This document shows positions 56,101-64,000 of a stretch of 64,000 nt of DNA, piece after piece. The stretch is taken from assembly GCF_009914755.1 (NCBI RefSeq), contig NC_060925.1, one strand, 5' to 3'. The position numbers were made by a program, and so were the translations under genes. The DNA comes from the human T2T-CHM13v2.0 reference genome, Homo sapiens. The stretch's first letter is position 1, and each line of letters starts with the position of its first letter. The notes under the pieces were generated by a model. That model saw only the letters and a program-made list of their open reading frames with translations. It was not told where the DNA came from and did no database searches.

Positions 56101-59100
56101 TCATCGAGTGGAATCCAATGGAATTATGATCAAATGGAATCGAATGTAATCATCATCAAATGGAATCAAAGATAACCATCATCAATTGGTATTGAATGGA
56201 ATTGTCATCAAATGGAATTCAAAGGAATCATCACCAAATGGAACCGAAAGGAATCCTCATTGAATGGAAATGAAAGGGGTCATCATCTAATGGAATCGCA
56301 TGGAATCATCATCAAATGGAATCGAATGGAATCATCATCAGATGGAATCTAATGGAATCATTGAACAGAATTGAATGGAATCGTCATCGAATGAATTGAA
56401 TGCAATCATCGAATGGTCTCGAATGGAATCATCTTCTAATGGAAAGGAATGGAATCATCGCATAGAATCGAATGGAATTAACATTGAATGGACTCGAATG
56501 GAATCAACATCAAACGGAATCAAGCGGAATTATCGAATGGAATCGAAGAGAATCATCGAATGGACTCGAATGGAATCATCTAATGGAATGGAATGGAATA
56601 ATCCCCGGACTCGAATGCAACCACCATCGTATAGAATCGAATGGAAACATCGAATGGAATCATCGAATGGACTCGAATGGAATAATCATTGAACGGAATC
56701 GAATGGAATCATCATCGGATGGAAACGAATGGAATCATCATCGAATGGAAATGAAAGGAGTCATCTAATGGAATTGCATGGAATCATCATCAAATGGAAT
56801 CGAATGGAATCAACATCAAATGGAATCAAATGGAATCATTGAACGGAATTGAATGTAATCGTCGTCGAATGAATTGAATGCAATCATCGAATGGTCTCGA
56901 ATGGAATCATCTTCAAATGGAATGGAATGGAATCATCGCATAGAATCGAATGGAATTATCATCGAATGGAATCGAAAGGTATCAACATCAAACGGAAAAA
57001 AACGGAATTATCGAATGGAATCGAAGAGAATCATCGAACGGACTCGAATGGAATCATCTAATGGAAAGGAATGGAATAATCCATGGACTCGAATCCAATC
57101 ATCATCGAATGGAATCGAATGGAATCATTGAAAGGACTCTAATGGAATAATCATTGAAGGGAATCGAATGGAATCATCATCGAATGGAAACTAATGGAAT
57201 CATCATCGAATGGAAATGAAAGGAGTCAACATCTAATGGAATTGCATGGAATCATCATAAAATGGAATCGAATGGAATCAACATCAAATGGAATGAAATG
57301 GAATCATTGAACGGTATTGAATGGAATCTTCATCGAATGAATTGAATGCAATCATCGAATGGTCTCGAATGGAATCATCTTCAAATGGAATGGAATGGAA
57401 TCATCGCATAGAATCGAATGGAATTATCATCAAATGGTATCAACATCAAACGGAAAAAAACGGAATTATCGAATGGAATCGAAGAGAATCATCGAACGGA
57501 CCCGAATGGAATCATCTAATGGAATGGAATGGAATAATCCATGGACTCGAATGCAATCATCATCGAATGGAATCGAGTGGAATCATCGAATGGACTCGAA
57601 TGGAATAATCATTGAACGGAATCGAATGGAATCATCATCGGATGGAAATGAATGGAATCATCATCGAATGGAATCGAATAGAATTATGGAATGAAATCCA
57701 GTGTGATCATCATCGAATGGACCCGAATGGAATCATCATCCAACGGAAGCTAATGGAATCAACATCGAATGAATCGAATGGAAACACCATCGAATTGAAA
57801 CGAATGGAATTATCATGAAATTGAAATGGATGGACTCATCATCGAATGGATTCGAATGGAATCATCGAATAAAATTGATTGAAATCATCATCAAATGGAA
57901 TCGAATGGTATCATTGAATGGAATCGAATGGAATCATCATCAGATGGAAATGAATGGAATCGTCATAGAATGGAATCGAATGGATTCATTGAATGGAATC
58001 AGATGGAATCATCGAATGGACTGGAATGGAATCATTGAATGGACTCGAAAGAGATCATTATTGAATGGAATTCAATGGAATCATCGAATGGTCTCGATTG
58101 GAATCATTACCAAATGGAATCGAATGGAATCACCGAAAAGAATCGAATGGAACAATCATCGAATGGAGTCAAATGGAATTAACCTAAAATGGAATCGAAT
58201 GGAATTATCGAATGCACTCGAATGGAATTATCAAATGCATTCGAATAGAATCATCGAATGGACTCGAATGGAATCATCGAATGGAATGGAATGGAACAGT
58301 CAATGAACTCGAATGGTATCATCATTGAATGGAATCGAATGGAATTATGATCAAATGGAATCGAATGTAATCATCAACAAATGGAATCAAAAATAACCAT
58401 CATCAATTGGTATTGAATGGAATTGTCATCAAATGGAATTCAAAGGAATCATCATCAAATGGAACCGAATGCAATCCTCATTGAATGGAAATGAAAGGGG
58501 TCATCATCTAATGGAATCGCATGGAATCATCATCCAATGGAATCGAATGGAATCATCATCAAATGGAATCTAATGGAATCATTGAACAGAATTGAATGGA
58601 ATCGTCATCGAATGAATTGAATGCAATCATCGTATGGTCTCGAATGGAATCATCTTCTAATGGAAAGGAATGGAATCATCGCATAGAATCGAATGGAATT
58701 AACATTGAATGGACTCGAATGGAATCAACATCAAACGGAATCAAGCGGAATTATCGAATGTAATCGAAGAGAATCATCGAATGTACTCGAATGGAATCTT
58801 CTAATGGAATGGATTGGAATAATCCACGGACTCGAATGCAATCATCAACGTATAGAATTGAATGGAATCATTGAATGGACTCGAATGGAATAATCATTGA
58901 ACTGAATCGAATGGAATCATCATCGAATGGAAACGAATGGAATCATCATCGAATGGAAATGAAAGGAGTCATCATCTAATGCAATTGCATGGAATCATCA
59001 TAAAATGGAATTGAATGGAATCAACATCAAATGGAATCAAATGGAATCATTGAACGGAATTGAATGGTATCGTCATCGAATGAATTGAATGCAATCATCG

Positions 59101-62100
59101 AATGGTCTCGAATGGAATCATCTTCAAATGGAATGGAATGGAATCATCGCATAGAATCGAATGGAATTATCATCGAATGGAATTGAATGGAAACAACATC
59201 AAACGGAAAAAAACGGATTATCGAATGGAATCGAAGAGAATCATCGAATGGACCCGAATGGAATCATCTAATGGAATGGAATGGAATAATCCATGGACTC
59301 GAATGCAATCATCATCGAATGGAATCGAATGGAATCATCGAATGGACTCGAATGGAATAATCATTGAACGGAAACGAATGGAATCATCATCGGATGGAAA
59401 TGAATGGAATCATCATCGAATGGAATCGAATAGAATTATGGAATGAAATCCAGTGTGATCATCATCGAATGGACCCGAATGGAATCATCATCCAACGGAA
59501 GCTAATGGAATCAACATCGAATGAATCGAATGGAAACACCATCGAATTGAAACGAATGGAATTATCATGAAATTGAAATGGATGGACTCATCATCGAATG
59601 GATTCGAATGGAATCATCGAATAAAATTGATTGAAATCATCATCCAATGGAATCGAATGGTATCATTGAATGGAATCGAATGGAATCATCATCAGATGGA
59701 AATGAATGGAATCGTCATAGAATGGAATCGAATGGATTCATTGAATGGAATCAGATGGAATCATCGAATGGACTGGAATGGAATCATTGAATGGACTCGA
59801 AAGGGTTCATGATTGAATGGAATTGAATGGAATCATCGAATGGTCTCGATTGGAATCATTATCAAATGGAATCGAATGGAATCACCGAATAGAATCGAAT
59901 GGAACAATCATCGAATGGACTCAAATGGAATTATCCTCAAATGGAATCGAATGGAATTATCGAATGCAATCGAATGGAATTATCGAATGCAATCGAATAG
60001 AATCATCGAATGGACTCGAATGGAATCATCGAATGGAATGGAATGGAACAGTCAATGAACTCGAATGGAATCATCATTGAATGGAATCGAATGGAATCAT
60101 CGAGTGGAATCGAATGGAATTATGATCAAATGGAATCGAATGTAATCATCATCAAATGGAATCAAAAATAACCATCATCAATTGGTATTGAATGGAATTG
60201 TCATCAAATGGAATTCAAAGGAATCATCATCAAATGGAACCGAATGGAATCCTCATTGAATGGAAATGAAAGGGGTCATCATCTAATGGAATCGCATGGA
60301 ATCATCATCAAATGGAATCGAATGGAATCATCATCAAATGGAATCTAATGGAATCATTGAACAGAATTGAATGGAATCGTCATCGAATGAATTGAATGCA
60401 ATCATCGAATGGTCTCGAATGGAATCATCTTCTAATGGAAAGGAATGGAATCATCGCATAGAATCGAATGGAATTATCATCGAATGGAATCGAATGGTAT
60501 CAACACCAAACGGAAAAAAACGGAATTATCGAATGGAATCGAAGAGAATCTTCGAACGGACCCGAATGGAATCATCTAATGGAATGGAATGGAACAATCC
60601 ATGGACTCGAATGCAATCATCATCGAATGGAATCGAATGGAATCATCGAATGGACTCGAATGGAATAATCATTGAACGGAATCGAATGGAATCATCATCG
60701 GATGGAAACGAATGGAATCATCATCGAATGGAAATGAAAGGAGTCATCATCTAATGGAATTGCATGGAATCATCATAAAATGGAATCGAATGGAATCAAC
60801 ATCAAATGGAATCAAATGGAATCATTGAACGGAATTGAATGGAATCGTCATCGAATGAATAGACTGCAATCATCGAATGGTCTCGGAATCATCTTCAAAT
60901 GGAATGGAATGGAATCATCGCATAGAATCGAATGGAATTATCATCGAATGGAATCGAATGGAATCAACATCAAACGGAAAAAAACGGAATTATCGAATGG
61001 AATCGAAGAGAATCATCGAATGGACCCGAATGGAATCATCTAATGGAATGGAATGGAATAATCCATGGACTCGAATGCAATCATCATCGAATGGAATCGA
61101 ATGGAATCATCGAATGGACTCGAATGGAATAATCATTGAACGGAATCGAATGGAATCATCATCGGATGGAAATGAATGGAATCATCATCGAATGGAATCG
61201 AATAGAATTATGGAATGAAATCCAGTGTGATCATCATCGAATGGACCCGAATGGAATCATCATCCAACGGAAGCTAATGGAATCAACATCGAATGAATCG
61301 AATGGAAACACCATCGAATTGAAACGAATGGAATTATCATGAAATTGAAATGGATGGACTCATCATCGAATGGATTCGAATGGAATCATCGAAAGAATTG
61401 ATTGAAATCATCATCCAATGGAATCGAATGGTATCATTGAATGGAATCGAATGGAATCATCATCAGATGGAAATGAATGGAATCGTCATAGAATGGAATC
61501 GAATGGATTCATTGAATGGAATCAGATGGAATCATCGAATGGACTGGAATGGAATCATTGAATGGACTCGAAAGGGATCATGATTGAATGGAATTGAATG
61601 GAATCATCGAATGGTCTCGATTGGAATCATTATCAAATGGAATCGAATGGAATCACCGAATAGAATCGAATGGAACAATCATCGAATGGACTCAAATGGA
61701 ATTATCCTCCAATGGAATCGAATGGAATTATCGAATGCAATCGAATGGAATTATCGAATGCAATCGAATAGAATCATCGAATGGACTCGAATGGAATCAT
61801 CGAATGGAATGGAATGGAACAGTCAATGAACTCGAATGGAATCATCATTGAATGGAATCGAATGGAATCATCGAGTGGAATCGAATGGAATTATGATCAA
61901 ATGGAATCGAATGAAATCATCATCAAATGGAATCAAAAATAACCATCATCAATTGGTATTGAATGGAATTGTCATCAAATGGAATTCAAAGGAATCATCA
62001 TCAAATGGAACCGAATGGAATCCTCATTGAATGGAAATGAAAGGGGTCATCATCTAATGGAATCGCATGGAATCATCATCAAATGGAATCGAACGGAATC

Positions 62101-64000
62101 ATCATCAAATGGAATCTAATGGAATCATTGAACAGAATTGAATGGAATCGTCATCGAATGAATTGAATGCAATCATCGAATGGTCTCGAATGGAATCATC
62201 TTCTAATGGAAAGGAATGGAATCATCGCATAGAATCGAATGGAATTATCATCGAATGGAATCGAATGGTATCAACACCAAACGGAAAAAAACGGAATTAT
62301 CGAATGGAATCGAAGAGAATCTTCGAACGGACCTGAATGGAATCATCTAATGGAATGGAATGGAATAATCCATGGACTCGAATGCAATCATCATCGAATG
62401 GAATCGAATGGAATCATCGAATGGACTCGAATGGAATAATCATTGAACGGAATCGAATGGAATCATCACCGGATGGAAACGAATGGAATCATCATCGAAT
62501 GGAAATGAAAGGAGTCATCATCTCATGGAATTGCATGGAATCATCATAAAATGGAATCGAATGGAATCAACATCAAATGGAATCAAATGGAATCATTGAA
62601 CGGAATTGAATGGAATCGTCATCGAATGAATTGACTGCAATCATCGAATGGTCTCGAATGGAATCATCTTCAAATGGAATGGAATGGAATCATCGCATAG
62701 AATCGAATGGAAGTATCATCGAATGGAATCGAATGGAATCAACATCAAACGGAAAAAAACGGAATTATCGAATGGAATCGAAGAGAATCATCGAATGGAC
62801 CCGAATGGAATCATCTAATGGAATGGAATGGAATAATCCATGGACTCGAATGCAATCATCATCGAATGGAATCGAATGGAATCATCGAATGAACTCGAAT
62901 GGAATCATCATTGAATGGAATCGAATGGAATCATCGAGTGGAATCGAATGGAATTATGATCAAATGGAATCGAATGTAATCATCATCAAATGGAATCAAA
63001 AATAACCATCATCAATTGGTATTGAATGGAATTGTCATCAAAAGGAATTCAAAGGAATCATCATCAAATGGAACCGAATGGAATCCTCATTGAATGGAAA
63101 TGAATGGGGTCATCATCTAATGGAATCGCATGGAATCATCATCAAATGGAATCGAATGGAATCATCATCAAATGGAATCTAATGGAATCATTGAACAGAA
63201 TTGAATGGAATCGTCATCGAATGAATTGAATGCAATCATCGAATGGTCTCGAATGGAATCATCTTCTAATGGAAAGGAATGGAATCATCGCATAGAATCG
63301 AATGGAATTATCATCGAATGGAATCGAATGGTATCAACACCAAACGGAAAAAAACGGAATTATCGAATGGAATCGAAGAGAATCTTCGAACGGACCCGAA
63401 TGGAATCATCTAATGGAATGGAATGGAATAATCCATGGACTCGAATGCAATCATCATCGAATGGAATCGAATGGAATCATCGAATGGACTCGAATGGAAT
63501 AATCATTGAACGGAAACGAATGGAATCATCATCGGATGGAAATGAATGGAATCATCATCGAATGGAATCGAATAGAATTATGGAATGAAATCCAGTGTGA
63601 TCATCATCGAATGGACCCGAATGGAATCATCATCCAACGGAAGCTAATGGAATCAACATCGAATGAATCGAATGGAAACACCATCGAATTGAAACGAATG
63701 GAATTATCATGAAATTGAAATGGATGGACTCATCATCGAATGGATTCGAATGGAATCATCGAATAAAATTGATTGAAATCATCATCGAATGGAATCGAAT
63801 TGTATCATTGAATGGAATCGAATGGAATCATCATCAGATGGAAATGAATGGAATCGTCATAGAATGGAATCGAATGGATTCATTGAATGGAATCAGATGG
63901 AATCATCGAATGGACTGGAATGGAATCATTGAATGGACTCAAAAGGGATCATGATTGAATGGAGTTGAATGGAATCATCGAATGGTCTCGATTGGAATCA
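50180..64000 (+). repeat. Large block paralogous to ~15,960-33,330 (offsets 34,220 / 32,444 / 30,673)
   Basis: 15972/50192, 16343/50563, 17315/51535 (34,220); 19895/52339, 21351/53795, 23127/55571, 25371/57815, 27123/59567, 28336/60780 (32,444); 30677/61350, 31937/62610, 33036/63709 (30,673). Rare indels and SNVs occur in the same order in both. Confidence 0.93.

Larger units (their letters stand above)
1..64000 (+). repeat. Human satellite 2 (HSat2/HSATII) tandem array, 1.77-kb unit type (probably 1q12 D1Z1 / HSat2A); GGAAT strand on +
   Basis: Continuous degenerate GAATG/TCGAATGGAATCATCA repeats from base 1 to 64000. CATCGAATG/TCGA density is typical of HSat2 rather than HSat3. Anchor ATGAAATTGAAATGG(A/G)TGG recurs 32 times (1243, 3018, 4784, 6560, 8804, 10557, 12817, 14593, 17315, 19091, 21351, 23127, 25371, 27123, 28895, 30666, 33036, 34491, 36267, 38034, 39810, 41586, 43362, 46348, 48124, 51535, 53795, 55571, 57815, 59567, 61339, 63709); 10 of 31 intervals are exactly 1776 bp. 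Family call is very secure; the chromosome call is inferred from the known 1.77-kb EcoRI unit. Confidence 0.97.

Noticed and set aside
14-63954. Over 200 short + strand ORFs (60-176 aa) rich in MEWN/GIIEW/RMESS, recurring in an operon-like order
   Set aside because: They are translations of GGAAT-derived repeats in several overlapping frames with no recognisable domain. They are freely broken by stops and frameshifts between copies. The + strand bias is explained by ATG in GAATGG and abundant TCA (TGA stops on the minus strand). Similar 'hypothetical proteins' are known artefacts of human satellite contamination.
1-64000. CRISPR-like or other prokaryotic repeat-spacer system
   Set aside because: There are no unique spacers, no cas or other genes, and the intervening sequence is itself satellite.
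1-64000. HSat3 / simple (GGAAT)n assignment
   Set aside because: Perfect GGAAT runs are only about 3 units long. Dominant ATCATCGAATGG and TCGA motifs and the 1776-bp period fit HSat2.
1-64000. Transposon insertion, inversion or unique island hidden in the array
   Set aside because: None seen on reading through. Every anchor interval is explained by satellite subunits and indels, and no CATTC-strand switch was seen. A very short insertion could have been missed by eye.

Overview
The whole 64 kb window is one uninterrupted, single-orientation array of human satellite 2 (HSat2/HSATII): degenerate (GGAAT)n with TCGAATGGAA and ATCATC micro-units, purine-rich strand on +. I found no genes, RNA genes, transposon insertions, inversions or unique sequence. 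All ORF-track entries are + strand translation by-products of the repeat. The main unit is 1776 bp with one conserved EcoRI site and an internal 468-bp duplication, matching the classic 1.77-kb satellite of human 1q12 (D1Z1/pUC1.77, HSat2A); this assignment is from established knowledge, not a search. Using the once-per-unit anchor ATGAAATTGAAATGG (32 copies), the array shows layered structure: 10/13/23/26 bp, 468 bp, 1776 bp, an alternating short/long ~4-kb dimer, block duplications at offsets 8,534, 11,857 and 16,567 bp, and a >14-kb duplication at ~32.4 kb whose copies differ by whole-monomer gains/losses. I see no evidence for a new protein-coding system. The interesting content is the array architecture, its recombination junctions and regularly spaced DUX4-type motifs.
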